Source: Candidatus Eiseniibacteriota bacterium
Lineage (GTDB): Bacteria; Eisenbacteria; RBG-16-71-46; CAVPCR01
Assembly (NCBI GenBank): GCA_963702435.1
Contig: CAVPCR010000002.1
Location: 608,001-672,000 of the forward strand
Length of the DNA: 64,000 bases
Direction: 5' to 3'
The notes beneath the pieces are model-generated. The model saw only the letters and a list, made by a program, of their open reading frames with translations. It had not been told where the DNA came from and did not search any database. Position numbers and translations under genes: made by a program. Below, in pieces: positions 48,567 to 59,000 of the stretch. How positions within the stretch are numbered: position 1 is the stretch's first letter; every line of letters starts with the position of its first letter.

Positions 48567-48899
48567 ATGAGCTATACGGTGACCGCGCACAAGGGAGCCT
48601 TCATCGTTCGCATGCTGGTCGACCGGCTGGACTCGCACAACTCCCCCGCGCTGAAGATCGAGCTCAAGCGGCTCGCCGACCGGCGGCCGACGACCGTGAT
48701 CGTGGACCTCACAGGCGTGCGCTTCGTGGACCCGAACGGCCTCGCGGCGCTCCTCGCCAGCGACCAGTTCGCCACACGGTGCGGCTGCCGCGTACGCGTG
48801 GCCGGCCTCTCCCCCGACGTGCAAACGCTCTTCGCGCTCGCCCAGGTCGATCGCGTCCTCGCCATCTTCCCGACGGAACGGGAAGCGCTCGGCGAGTAG
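48567..48899 (+). CDS. STAS-domain anti-sigma-factor antagonist
   Basis: RLDSHNSP...VDLTGVRFVDPNGL...IFPTEREAL; GGAGG RBS. Confidence 0.85.
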   Translation: MSYTVTAHKGAFIVRMLVDRLDSHNSPALKIELKRLADRRPTTVIVDLTGVRFVDPNGLAALLASDQFATRCGCRVRVAGLSPDVQTLFALAQVDRVLAIFPTEREALGE

Positions 48900-49057
48900 C
48901 CGCGACCGGATCCCCGCCTCTCCCCCCGCTCCCGATTCCGCTTGGCCCTTGCCGCCCCGCGTGCTACCAAGGGGGCCTCGGGGCTCCGCTCCGGAACGCC
49001 GCCCGCCGGGGTGGCGGCGCCGCCGCGGGGCCATGGTCCGGCAGAAGGGAGTGATCG

Positions 49058-50065
49058 ATGACGAGTGGTCCATTCGACCGCGGGGGCGGACGCATCCAGC
49101 CGCCGCGGCTCCCCCAGCTCGAGGGCAGATCGCTGCGCATCGTCGCCGCGATCGCCGCCCTAGTCGTGCTCGTTGTTTCCAGCTACTTCCAGGTGGAACC
49201 CGACGAGGTCGGGGTCATCCAGCGCTTCGGCGCCTTCGTGCGCACCTCCAATCCGGGACCGCATCTCAAGATCCCGTTCGTCGAGAAGGTGACCAAGGTG
49301 CCGGTGCAGCGCCAGCTCAAGATGGAGTTCGGCTTCCGCACCGTGCAGGCCGGAGTCCGCACCAGGTATGCGCCCGCGAGCAACGACACCGAGGGCGAGT
49401 CGCTGATGCTGACCGGGGACCTCAACGTCGCCGTCGTCGAGTGGATCGTGCAGTACCGGATCGACGATCCGCGAGCGTTCCTGTTCCACGTGCGCGACGT
49501 GCCGGAGACCTTCCGCTACATGTCGGAGGCCGCCATGCGCCAGGTCGTGGGCGACCACTCGGTCGACGAGGTCCTCACCATCGGGCGCGAGGCGATCGCC
49601 CTGCAGGCGAAGGAGGAGCTGCAGCGGCTCTGCGAGCGCTACGGCATCGGCATCGAGGTGCAGCAGCTCGTGCTCCAGGACGTGAACCCGCCGGATCCGG
49701 TGAAGCCGGCGTTCAACGAGGTGAACCAGGCGATCCAGGAGAAGGAACGGGCCATCAACGACGCCTGGGCCGAGTACAACAAGTCGGTGCCACTGGCCAG
49801 GGGCCAGGCGGAGCAGGCGGTGCGCGCCGCCGAGGGATACGCCATCGAGCGCGTCAACAACGCCGAGGGCGATGCGAAGCGCTTCACCGCGCTCTACGAG
49901 GAGTATCGGAAGGCGCCCGGCGTGACGCGGGACCGGATCTACCTCGAGACCATGGGGCAGCTCCTGCCGCGGCTCGGCCGCAAGCTGATCCTCGACGAGA
50001 GCGCCCGCGGCGTCGTGCCGCTCCTCGATTTCGACGGGATCAGGAAGGAGATGAAGCAGCCATGA
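49058..50065 (+). CDS. hflK: FtsH modulator HflK
   Basis: SPFH domain, MLTGDLN, AEGY...AEGDAKRF, TRDRIYLETM. Confidence 0.93.
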   Translation: MTSGPFDRGGGRIQPPRLPQLEGRSLRIVAAIAALVVLVVSSYFQVEPDEVGVIQRFGAFVRTSNPGPHLKIPFVEKVTKVPVQRQLKMEFGFRTVQAGVRTRYAPASNDTEGESLMLTGDLNVAVVEWIVQYRIDDPRAFLFHVRDVPETFRYMSEAAMRQVVGDHSVDEVLTIGREAIALQAKEELQRLCERYGIGIEVQQLVLQDVNPPDPVKPAFNEVNQAIQEKERAINDAWAEYNKSVPLARGQAEQAVRAAEGYAIERVNNAEGDAKRFTALYEEYRKAPGVTRDRIYLETMGQLLPRLGRKLILDESARGVVPLLDFDGIRKEMKQP

Positions 50066-50997
50066 CCCGCCCCCTGACCATGGCCGCCGCCTTCCTCGCC
50101 GCCCTGCTCCTGTTCGGCTCGGTCTACACGGTCTCCGAGACCGAGCAGGCGATCCTGACCCAGTTCGGAAAGCCGGTCGGCGGCCTCAAGACTCGCCCCG
50201 GGTTGCATCTCAAGGTGCCGCTCATCCAGGTCGTCCATCGCTTCGACAAGCGCTGGCTCGAGTTCGACGGCGACGCCAACGAGATCCCGACCAAGGACAA
50301 GAAGTACATCTGGGTGGACACCTACGCGCGCTGGCGGATCTCCGATCCGCTGCGCTTCTTCCAGGCGGTGACCGACGAGCGCGGCGGCCAGAGCCGTCTC
50401 GACGACATCGTCGACGGCGAGACGCGGAACGCCATCGCCTCCTACGACCTGCTCGAGGTCGTGCGCTCGACCAATCGGCCCTTCGAGGTCACCGAGGAGC
50501 TCTCGGGCATCGGCGCCGCCGAGGCGATGGCCGAGGTCAAGGTGGGCCGGGAGCGCATCGCCCAGATCATCCTCGAGAAGGCCGCGCGCATCACCCCGCA
50601 GTTCGGGATCGAACTCGTGGACGTGCGCTTCAAGCGGATCAACTACGTCGAGAGCGTGCAGCAGAAAGTGTACGAGCGCATGGTCTCGGAGCGCCAGCGC
50701 ATCGCCGAGCGCAGCCGGTCGGAGGGTCAGGGACGCGCCGCCGAGATCCGCGGCCAGAAGGAGCGCGACATCCTGGCCGCGACCTCCGCGGGCTACAAGA
50801 GCGCCCAGGAGATCAAGGGCGAGGCCGACAGCAAGGCGACGGCGATCTACGCCGCGGCCTATTCCCGGGACACGCAGTTCTACCAGTTCCTCAAGTCGAT
50901 GGAGACGTTGAACGCGGGGCTCGACGAGGAAGCGTGGCTCATCCTGTCCACCGACTCGAAGCTGCTCAAGCACCTGAAGGGCGGCGGCGGGCCGTGA
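50062..50997 (+). CDS. hflC: FtsH modulator HflC
   Basis: QFGKPV, TKDKK..VDTYARWRI, YERMVSER; ATGA overlap with hflK. Confidence 0.93.
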   Translation: MTRPLTMAAAFLAALLLFGSVYTVSETEQAILTQFGKPVGGLKTRPGLHLKVPLIQVVHRFDKRWLEFDGDANEIPTKDKKYIWVDTYARWRISDPLRFFQAVTDERGGQSRLDDIVDGETRNAIASYDLLEVVRSTNRPFEVTEELSGIGAAEAMAEVKVGRERIAQIILEKAARITPQFGIELVDVRFKRINYVESVQQKVYERMVSERQRIAERSRSEGQGRAAEIRGQKERDILAATSAGYKSAQEIKGEADSKATAIYAAAYSRDTQFYQFLKSMETLNAGLDEEAWLILSTDSKLLKHLKGGGGP

Positions 50998-51015
50998 GCG
51001 AAGCAAGCCGGTGCG

Positions 51016-52098
51016 CTAGAGAAGGTCCGTGCGCCCGCGGCGCTCGAGCTCGAGGACGATCTTGCGGACGTCCTGCGCCTTGTCGCGCGCGCAGACGAGA
51101 ACCGCCTCGGGGGTCGAGATCACGATGAGGTCCTCGACCCCGACCAGCGCGACGAGCGGACCGCCCGCGTGCACGACCGCGTTCCGCGTGTCGGCGAGGA
51201 CGACGTCACCCGCCACCACGTTGCCGGCCGCGTCCCGCGGCCGCACGTCGTAGAGGGCGGTCCAGCTGCCGACATCGTTCCAGCCGCAGTCCACCGGCAG
51301 CATCCAGATCCGCCGCGAGCGCTCGAGCACACCGTAGTCGATCGAGATCGGCTCGATCGCGGCGTAGGCGGCGGCGAGCGCAGCCTCCGCGGCGGCGCCG
51401 CCCCGGACGAGCGCGGGGTCGGCGAGCGCGCGGGCGAGCGCCGGCAGATGGGCCGCGATCTCCTCCCGGATCACGCTCGCGCGCCAGACGAAGATGCCGG
51501 CGTTCCACGCATGGCGCCCGCCCTCGACGTAGCGCCGTGCGGTCTCGAGGTCCGGTTTCTCGCGGAAGGCCGCGACTTCGTGGCAGGTGAGTCCGGCGAT
51601 GGTGGCGGCTGCCGGCCCTGACTCGATGTAGCCGTAGCCGGTCTCCGGGCGCGACGGCGTGACCCCGAGCGTGACGAGCGTCTCGTGCTCGGCGGCAGCT
51701 CGGGCCGCGGCGGAGAGCGCCGCGCGAAACGCCTCCGCATCGCCGATCGCGTGGTCGGCCGGGAAGACCGCCATCACCGCCGCAGGATCCCGCGCGAGCA
51801 GGTGCACCGCGGCGAGCCCGATGGCCGGAGCCGTGTTCCTCCCCACCGGCTCGACGAGGATGCGGTCGGGATCGAGGAAGGCGAGCTGGCGCGCCACCTC
51901 CTCCGCCTGGTCCGCTCCGGTCACCACCCAGGTCCGCTCGGCCGGGACGAGCGGGCGGATGCGCGCCGCCGTCTCCTGGATCATCGTACGCTCGCTCACG
52001 ATCGGGAGGAGCTGCTTCGGTCGCCGGGACGTGGAGAGCGGCCAGAACCGCGTGCCGCGCCCGCCGGCCATGATCACCGCATGCAGATGGTCATTCAC
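51016..52098 (-). CDS. manC: Mannose-1-phosphate guanylyltransferase
   Basis: MAGGRGTRFWPLS...PKQ, EPVGRNTAPA, ETGYGYI, FREKP, SIDYGVLE, WNDVGSW. Confidence 0.93.
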   Translation of the reverse strand: MNDHLHAVIMAGGRGTRFWPLSTSRRPKQLLPIVSERTMIQETAARIRPLVPAERTWVVTGADQAEEVARQLAFLDPDRILVEPVGRNTAPAIGLAAVHLLARDPAAVMAVFPADHAIGDAEAFRAALSAAARAAAEHETLVTLGVTPSRPETGYGYIESGPAAATIAGLTCHEVAAFREKPDLETARRYVEGGRHAWNAGIFVWRASVIREEIAAHLPALARALADPALVRGGAAAEAALAAAYAAIEPISIDYGVLERSRRIWMLPVDCGWNDVGSWTALYDVRPRDAAGNVVAGDVVLADTRNAVVHAGGPLVALVGVEDLIVISTPEAVLVCARDKAQDVRKIVLELERRGRTDLL

Positions 52099-52323
52099 CT
52101 CGCGTCACCCTCACGCTGTTCGCGCCCGGACCGGGTCGAAGCTCGTCGAAGCGCGGCACCAGGTCAAGCCGGAAAGCGCCGGCGCTCGTCCTGCCCCGCG
52201 AAAAGTCCCTGCTTGACGGCCGGTCCGGCGGGCCGGAAGATCCGCCGCCGAAGGCGCCCGGCGGGCACCGGCCACCGCCGGCGTCCCCCGTCCGGAAGAC
52301 CGCCGGGAAGTAAGGAGAAGGCC

Positions 52324-53064
52324 ATGAACACGAAGCAAGTTCGTCCCGGTCGCGACGCCATCGCGCTCGTTGGGGTGGCCGGAGCCATTGCCATCATCGT
52401 CACGGCGCTCGTTCTCAGCTGCAGCTCATCGCCGCCGCCGAGCCCCGCTCCCGGACAGGCGCCGCCGCCGGCCGCCGGACAGGCGCCGCCGCCCGCCGCC
52501 GGACAGACGCCGCCCGCCGCCGGACAGACGCCGCCCGCCGGGACCGAGGGCGCGGTCACCCGCCGGCAGATGAACTATCGCTTCAACATGGACCAGCCCG
52601 CCAACGACGAATTCGCCTTCAACGATGACTTCGTCTTCATCTATGTCCGTCCCTACGACGATTACCTGTCAATGAAGGTCCAGGCCCGCCGCCAGATCCC
52701 GATCAAGATCCGGTGGAGCGAATCGGAGTTCGTGGACGTGCTCGGACGCCGCTACGTGCTCGTGCCGCCGTCGGTGACGATGGACATGGCGGCGCGCAAC
52801 ATCCTTCCGCCGACCGAGCTCAGAGCCGATGACCTCTTCTCCGGCCGCGTCCTGCTCCTCGATCCGACGCAGAGGGAACAGATCCGGAGCCTCGGGGGCA
52901 TGGCCTTCCCCGTCGTGCCGTACGACGCCGGTACTCCCGAGCAGGTGCGCAACAAGTCGTTCACGATGCGGCTCGTGCTCGAGATCAACGCCAGCCGCCA
53001 GCCCTACGACTTCGTCTTCAGCATCATGGACGCCTTCTACCGCGCACCGGGCGAGGAGAACTAG
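52324..53064 (+). CDS. Hypothetical lipoprotein with Pro-rich repeats
   Basis: Hydrophobic stretch ending LVLSC; (GQ[AT]PP[P]AA) repeats; AGGAG RBS. Confidence 0.7.
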   Translation: MNTKQVRPGRDAIALVGVAGAIAIIVTALVLSCSSSPPPSPAPGQAPPPAAGQAPPPAAGQTPPAAGQTPPAGTEGAVTRRQMNYRFNMDQPANDEFAFNDDFVFIYVRPYDDYLSMKVQARRQIPIKIRWSESEFVDVLGRRYVLVPPSVTMDMAARNILPPTELRADDLFSGRVLLLDPTQREQIRSLGGMAFPVVPYDAGTPEQVRNKSFTMRLVLEINASRQPYDFVFSIMDAFYRAPGEEN

Positions 53065-53157
53065 CCCGCAGCGCCGGGGGCAGCCGGGAGCGCCCGGAGC
53101 GCCCGCAGCGCCGGGGGCAGCCGGGGGCCAGCGGCGGCCCGCCGCCCGCACCAGGCC

Positions 53158-54015
53158 TCAGGCGAAGTCGATCGGCCCGATCGCCGGGACGAGCCCGGCG
53201 GCGGCCGCGCGCGCCAGCAGCTCCGCGACCGCGTGCCGTCCGCGTTCGCCGAGATCGAGCGTCCACTCGTTCACGTACATGCCGACGAAGCGATCGGTGC
53301 GCGCATCGGTGAGACCGCGCCCATAGCCCGCCGCGTGGGCGAGCGCCGCGGCGCGATGCGCGAGCCCGTACTCGATCGAGGCCTTGAGCAGGACCGCGAG
53401 ATCCGCCGTCACCGCGGGGCCCAGGTCACGCCGGACCGCGTTCCCGCCGAGCGGGAGCGGGAGGCCGGTCGTCTCGCCCCACCACGCGCCGAGATCCACG
53501 ATGGCGTGCAATCCGTCGTCCGCGTAGGTGAGCTGTCCCTCGTGGATCAGGAGGCCGAGATCGGCCTCGCCGGAAGCGACGGCGGCGGGGATCTCGTCGA
53601 ACGGAAAGACCCGGGTGGCGAGCGGGAGGCCCGGCGCCTCGGCGCGAGCGTAGAGCCGGAGCGCGAGGACCGCGGTCGTGCGCTCGCCCGGGATCGCGAT
53701 CGTGGATCCGGCGAGCGAGGTGGACGGCGCGCGGGCGACGAGGAGGGGGCCGTAGCCGTCACCGACACTCGCCCCGCACGCAAGAAGCTGGTAGCGCCTG
53801 GCGAGATAGGGATAGGCGGCGAAGGACACCGCCGTCAGATCCACCTCGCCGGCGAGCGCGCGGCGATTCAGGGTCTCGATATCGGCGAGCTCGTGCGCGA
53901 AGTGGTACGACCCGGTCGGGATGGCGCCCATGGCCAGCGCGTAGAACATGAATGCGTCGTCCGGATCGGGGCTGTGCGCGAGCGTGATCGTGCGCTTGCC
54001 GGCGGTCGTGTGCAT
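53158..54015 (-). CDS. mqnD: 1,4-dihydroxy-6-naphthoate synthase (futalosine pathway)
   Basis: AHSPDPDDAFMFYAL, LLIHEGQLTY, LPLPLGGN, FVGMYVN. Confidence 0.92.
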   Translation of the reverse strand: MHTTAGKRTITLAHSPDPDDAFMFYALAMGAIPTGSYHFAHELADIETLNRRALAGEVDLTAVSFAAYPYLARRYQLLACGASVGDGYGPLLVARAPSTSLAGSTIAIPGERTTAVLALRLYARAEAPGLPLATRVFPFDEIPAAVASGEADLGLLIHEGQLTYADDGLHAIVDLGAWWGETTGLPLPLGGNAVRRDLGPAVTADLAVLLKASIEYGLAHRAAALAHAAGYGRGLTDARTDRFVGMYVNEWTLDLGERGRHAVAELLARAAAAGLVPAIGPIDFA

Positions 54016-54156
54016 CGAACCTCCACGGAGACGGCCGCGCGGGCGGCGCGGAGCGCCGGCGCTCCCGGCGCGGTGTGGCCGGAATCCTACGGCACGCGCC
54101 GCGGCAAGTCCATCGCGCGCAGCGCGCGGACCGCGCTTCCGGCACTCCCCGCGCGC

Positions 54157-56049
54157 TCAGAACGCCGACTCGAGCTGGACGTGCACCTTCCCCGAGAGCG
54201 GCGAGTCCCCCTCGCCGAGGGCGTAGTCGATGCCGACGAGACCGATGCGCGTCGCCAGGCGGAGCCCCGCGCCGTAGCCGATCTTCCAGAACTGGTCGGG
54301 CTCACCCGGCACGGCGAGGACGGTACCGCGGGTCGAGACGTGCCCGACATCCACGAAGCCCGCGAACCGCGAGCCGTCGGCGGTCAGGAGATAGCGCTGC
54401 TCGATCTGCACGAGCTCGACGTGCGCGCCGCGGAACTGCTCCTCGCGATAGCCGCGGAGGCTGGTGGCGCCGCCGAGCGGGAAGAGCTCGTAGTAAGGAA
54501 CGATCTCCTCCTCGGTGCGGATCCCGGTGCCGCGCGCCCTGACGAAGCTCACCCAGCGCCGGCCGAGGGACTGCGCCCGCTCGATGTCGGCGCTCAGGAT
54601 GAAGGAGCGATAGCGGAGCGGGTCGGCGTCCGGGGCCGGCACGAACTCCTTCTGCCCGAAGCTCACGTCGGCCGCGATCCGCATGCCGCGGGTCGGCGCG
54701 AGGCGCGAGTCGCGCACGTCCCAGGACCCGCCGACGAGGACCGCATCGCGCGTCGCGCGCCGCGCCGCCGTCCCCGACTCGACCGTTGACTCGTGCTCCC
54801 AGCCGGCCTGGGCGCGGAGGTCCGCCTGGAGATCGAACTCGCCGACGAGAGCGAGGAACGACTGCGTGTAGAGCTCGCCCTGGATCGTGCGCCCGAGCTC
54901 GACGCGCGCGGTGACCGGCGAACCGAAGAGCCACGGCTCGGCATAGCGGATCCGGTAGAGCTCGACCCCGTTGCCGCGGCCTTCCCAGCGCGCGCTGCCG
55001 CGCCGGCCGGTGCCGGCGATGTTGGCGAGGGTCAGGTCGAAGAGCCCGGTCACGCCCCCCTCCTCACCGGCGTAACCGATCGCTCCGTTCAGGATGTTGG
55101 TCGAGCCGTCCCGGACGCGGATCAGGACCTCGTTCCGCGTGCGGTCGGCACCCTGGGCGAGCGCGATCGGCTCGACCGCGGCGAAGAGGCCCGAGCGCCT
55201 GAGCCGCGCCTCGGCCTCGTCGAGATCCTCCTGGGCGAAGGGCGCCCCGGTCTCGAGGCCGGCGATGCGCTCGACCACCCGGGGGCGGGTGACGCGGTTC
55301 CCCGTGACCCGGATCGCATCGATCGCGACCGCCGATCCCTCCTGGACCGCGAGGGTGAAGGAGACCGTGTCGTTCCAGGTGAAGTCGCGCGGCTCGACCG
55401 CCGCGTACGGGCGGCCCTCGTTCTCGTAGAGGGCGAGCAGGCGCTCGATGCCGGCCTCGAAGACGGCCGGGGCGAACGGCGCGCCCGGGCGCAGCCCGAG
55501 CATCTCGCCGATCTCCGCGTCGGAGTGCAGCTCGTTGCCGACGATGTCCACGGTGCCGAGGACGACGGGCGCACCCTCGTCGACGGCGATCGCGAGGCGA
55601 ACCTGGCCGGCGGCGGCGGAGACGACCTCGACACCCGTCACCGCGGCGTGCAGCTGCCCGACCTCGCGGTAGCTTGCGAGCACCTGGTCGAGCGCGCGTG
55701 CGAGCATCCGGCCCCGCCACGGCCGTCCGAAGGGCGCGGCGCCGCCCTCGGCGGCGAGCGCCTCGGTGATCGCCCGCTCGAGCGCGAGCGGCGAGAGCGC
55801 GTGCGTGCCCGTGAAGTCGAGCCCGGCGATCGGGGCGCCGGCGGCGACGAGCGAGTCGGCGGCGGGAAGCGCGTCCGCGGCGACGAGCGAGTCGGCGGCG
55901 GGAAGCGCGTCCGCGGCGACGCATCGGGACGCAGGAATCACGACGGCGAGGCCGGTCGGCACGAGCACGAGCACGAGCGCGAGCGCGGGCGCGGCGCCGC
56001 GCAGCGACCCGCTCCGTACCGCCCTCGCCATGCTCGTCTTCATCGCCAC
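54157..56049 (-). CDS. BamA/TamA (Omp85) family outer-membrane protein
   Basis: POTRA-like repeats, YAEPWLFG, LGGATSLRGY, GYGAGLR, terminal Phe; 36-bp duplication near the N-terminus. Confidence 0.88.
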   Translation of the reverse strand: MAMKTSMARAVRSGSLRGAAPALALVLVLVPTGLAVVIPASRCVAADALPAADSLVAADALPAADSLVAAGAPIAGLDFTGTHALSPLALERAITEALAAEGGAAPFGRPWRGRMLARALDQVLASYREVGQLHAAVTGVEVVSAAAGQVRLAIAVDEGAPVVLGTVDIVGNELHSDAEIGEMLGLRPGAPFAPAVFEAGIERLLALYENEGRPYAAVEPRDFTWNDTVSFTLAVQEGSAVAIDAIRVTGNRVTRPRVVERIAGLETGAPFAQEDLDEAEARLRRSGLFAAVEPIALAQGADRTRNEVLIRVRDGSTNILNGAIGYAGEEGGVTGLFDLTLANIAGTGRRGSARWEGRGNGVELYRIRYAEPWLFGSPVTARVELGRTIQGELYTQSFLALVGEFDLQADLRAQAGWEHESTVESGTAARRATRDAVLVGGSWDVRDSRLAPTRGMRIAADVSFGQKEFVPAPDADPLRYRSFILSADIERAQSLGRRWVSFVRARGTGIRTEEEIVPYYELFPLGGATSLRGYREEQFRGAHVELVQIEQRYLLTADGSRFAGFVDVGHVSTRGTVLAVPGEPDQFWKIGYGAGLRLATRIGLVGIDYALGEGDSPLSGKVHVQLESAF

Positions 56050-56065
56050 AGCTCCCGTCTCCCGC

Positions 56066-59000
56066 CTAGAAGAAGATTCGAACCTCGAAGCGCGCCGTGT
56101 GCGTGAACGCGATCGCCGGCGGCTTCAGGCCCTCGACCCCGCCGGTCAGGGTGACGTGCTCGAAAGGCCGATAGTCCACGTTGACGCCGTACTCGCTTCG
56201 CTGGCCCGGCCGGCTCCCCGCGCGGTAGCTCGGCGGGAAGACGCCGGAGCGCTCCTCGTTCACCCGGCGATAGCGGAGATCGAGACGGGCCCGCTTCCAG
56301 TACGTGGTGGCGTTCGGCCCGATCTCGAAGGTGGTCGCCTCGGCGTTGCCGGTGCGCGCCTGCTCGATCGCACGGCGCAGGACGAAGCCGATGCGCACGT
56401 CGCGGCCCGGGCGGCCGGTCAGATCGAGGGCGGTGACCCCGGTATCGAGATCGAAGCGGCTCGCGGTGCCACCGCCGCCCGCCACCACCGCGGTCTCGGT
56501 CTCGGTGGCGCGGCCCCAGGTCTGCTCGAGCTCGGCCGAGAATGGAGCCCACGGCGCGGATCGAAAGCGGATCCCGACGCCATGGGTGGCGAGATCCTTG
56601 CTCACGCCGGCGATCCGGTTGTCGAGCTCGTCCCGGCGCTCGCCGCGGAGGCGGAGGCTCAGGAGGCGGTTGTTCTCGAGCACGTCGAAGTCCTGGCGCA
56701 GGTAGGAGCTCCCGCGAAACGTGGCGTCCTCCCGCTGATAGCTGTCGGGAGAGAGGAAGTAGCGCGGGCTCGCCAGGTTGAGCCGCGTCAGCTCGTCGAG
56801 CTGGATGGTGGTCTCGGCGCCGAGCGCGGCGAGGACGCGCCGCCCCCCGGCGAGCGATGCGGGCGGGCCCAGAAACCGCCGCGGCCGCACCTCGAGGCGG
56901 GCGCCGACCCGGAAGCGGGTGCGCAGGTCGGGCGTCCCCGGGCCCACCTTGCGCAGCACGTAGTCGCCGCCGGGCCCGACGTAGCGGCCGTACTCGTCGT
57001 AGACGCCCTGCCCCTCCCCCGCGTAGACGAGCTCCTGGTCGTCCCCGCTCACGTCGGTCGTCGTCACGTCGGCATGGGTCTCGGACTCGACGCCGCCCCC
57101 CTGCGAGGAATGGACCACATCGAGCTGCACGAGATCCGAGACCTGCTCTCCGCCGCGGAGTCGATCCTCCGCGGTGCGGCGCGTGAAGCCGCCGCTCACC
57201 GACACCGCGCTCACCCGCGGGATCTCGAGGCGATAGCTCTGCTCGAACGCATCCACGGTCGGCGCCCACGGCGCCCCCGTCCCGATCGTGCGATCGCTCC
57301 GCCGGCGAAGGTCGACCGAGAACCGGGAGCGCGCCGGGAGCCGCACCTCGGTGCCGCCGCCGAACACGGTGTAGCCGAGGCCGCTCCGCACGGTGCCCCG
57401 CCACTCGATGCGCTCGTCACGCTCGTAGTGGGCGCGCGGCGTGAAGCGGCCGATCGCGGTCGAGAGCTCGCCGTACTCGTACGCGCGGTCGCGATCTGCC
57501 GCGAGCGCGGCGCTCGATTCCTCCGGTGCCCCGCTCGCCGCCGCTTCCTCGCCGCTCGTGCGCTCGAGCCGGAAGCGCCCGTTGAGCCGGCGCGCGAGAG
57601 TGATCGTGGTCCCGGTCCGCCGGCCGGTGTAGACATCGCTCTCGGTTCCGCTCAGATCGGCGCCGACCGTGAGGCCCGCGAGCGGCGTCACATCCACCCC
57701 GCCGTCGGTGAGCCGCTCGCCCCGCACGAAGGCGTTGGCGGGCGCGTTCCAGCCGTAGGCGTAGTCCGGCGGGCGGATGCGACCGAGGGTCCGGAAGTCC
57801 TCGCCGACATCGCGATAGCCGCCGCGCACCGCGATCCCGACCTCGCGACCGGCGAGCGTCACCGTGGGTGCGTAGCCGGCGCGGATGCTGGTCGCCAGGC
57901 CTCCGTTGTCGAGATCGTCGACCGTGGAGAGCGTGTTCAGGTCGACCCCCGAGGCGGCGAGCTCGCCGGTGAGCTCGAGCGCTCCGACCCGGCCCTGCCC
58001 GGTGAAGTCCAGGACCTGGTGACTCTCGGGCGCCGAGAGGATGCGTCCCGGCTCGTAGGCGCCCGACCCAGTGCCCACCCAGCGGTAGGCGCGCGCCCCG
58101 CCCGCGGTGAGCGAATCGACGTAGTCGCCGGCGCCGACGCCGACGTTCAGGAATGTCACGCGGTATTCGCCGCGCCCGTCGCCCGCGTACTGGTAGCGGA
58201 GCGGCTCCCCGCCCGCGCCCCCGATCGCCAGGTAGTCGCCCTCGCCCGCGCCGACGAAGATGCCGCCCTGCGCGGCCGTCGAGCGGAGCGTGTCGCCGGC
58301 CGCGGCGAGGGCCGCGCGCTCGAGATCGGTGAGCGGCGCGAGCGGATCGCCGGCATCGTCCGACTCGGAGACGACCGAGGCGCCGAGCGTGAACTTGCCG
58401 TCGAAGAGCGCGGCGCGCGCCCCGCCCACGTAGAAGTTCCGCTTGAACGAATCGGTCGTGTACTCGAAGTCGGCCGTGATGCGGGAATCGCGGGTGATGA
58501 GCCGGCGCGCGGTGAAGGTGATCTCGGCCCGGCTGTAGTCGATCGTGTAGTCGTTGTTCTCGCCGCGCGTCAGCCGCTCGCCGTTCAACCACACGGTCTC
58601 CGACCCGGCGACGACGACGATGTTCGCGTTGCCGGCGGCGTCGGCCAGCACGTACGGACCCTGCTTGCCCTCGACCGGCGGCACCGGGAGCGAGATGAAC
58701 TCGCCCTTGGCGAGGGCCGCGGCCAGCACGAACTCGCGCCCGCCGGCCTTCCCCTCCCCCTTCACCCCGGAGAGCCGCTTCGAGTAGGAGAGGAAGCTGC
58801 CGCCGAAGGCCGTGACGTCGTAGTCGCCGAGGGTGGCGGCCATGCTCCGCGAGCGCACCTCGAGCATGACCTTGTCGAGCTGGTCCAGGGTCTCGGTGTC
58901 GCCGGCCGGCTGGAGCGGCAGGTCGCGGTCGGTCAGGATGGCGCGGAGCTCGACCCCGCTCGCCACCTCGCCGCTCACGTCGAGGTCGAGCGACTGGCTG

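Noticed and set aside
48949..50997. 682-aa ORF suggesting an extended HflC or an HflK-HflC fusion
   Set aside because: The upstream part is an off-frame reading of hflK; hflC has its own RBS and ATGA-coupled start at 50062.
53065..53130. Short GC-rich repeats between convergent genes, and similar ones at 1-60 and 5930-5975
   Set aside because: Low-complexity slippage repeats common in this sequence; no further structure seen.
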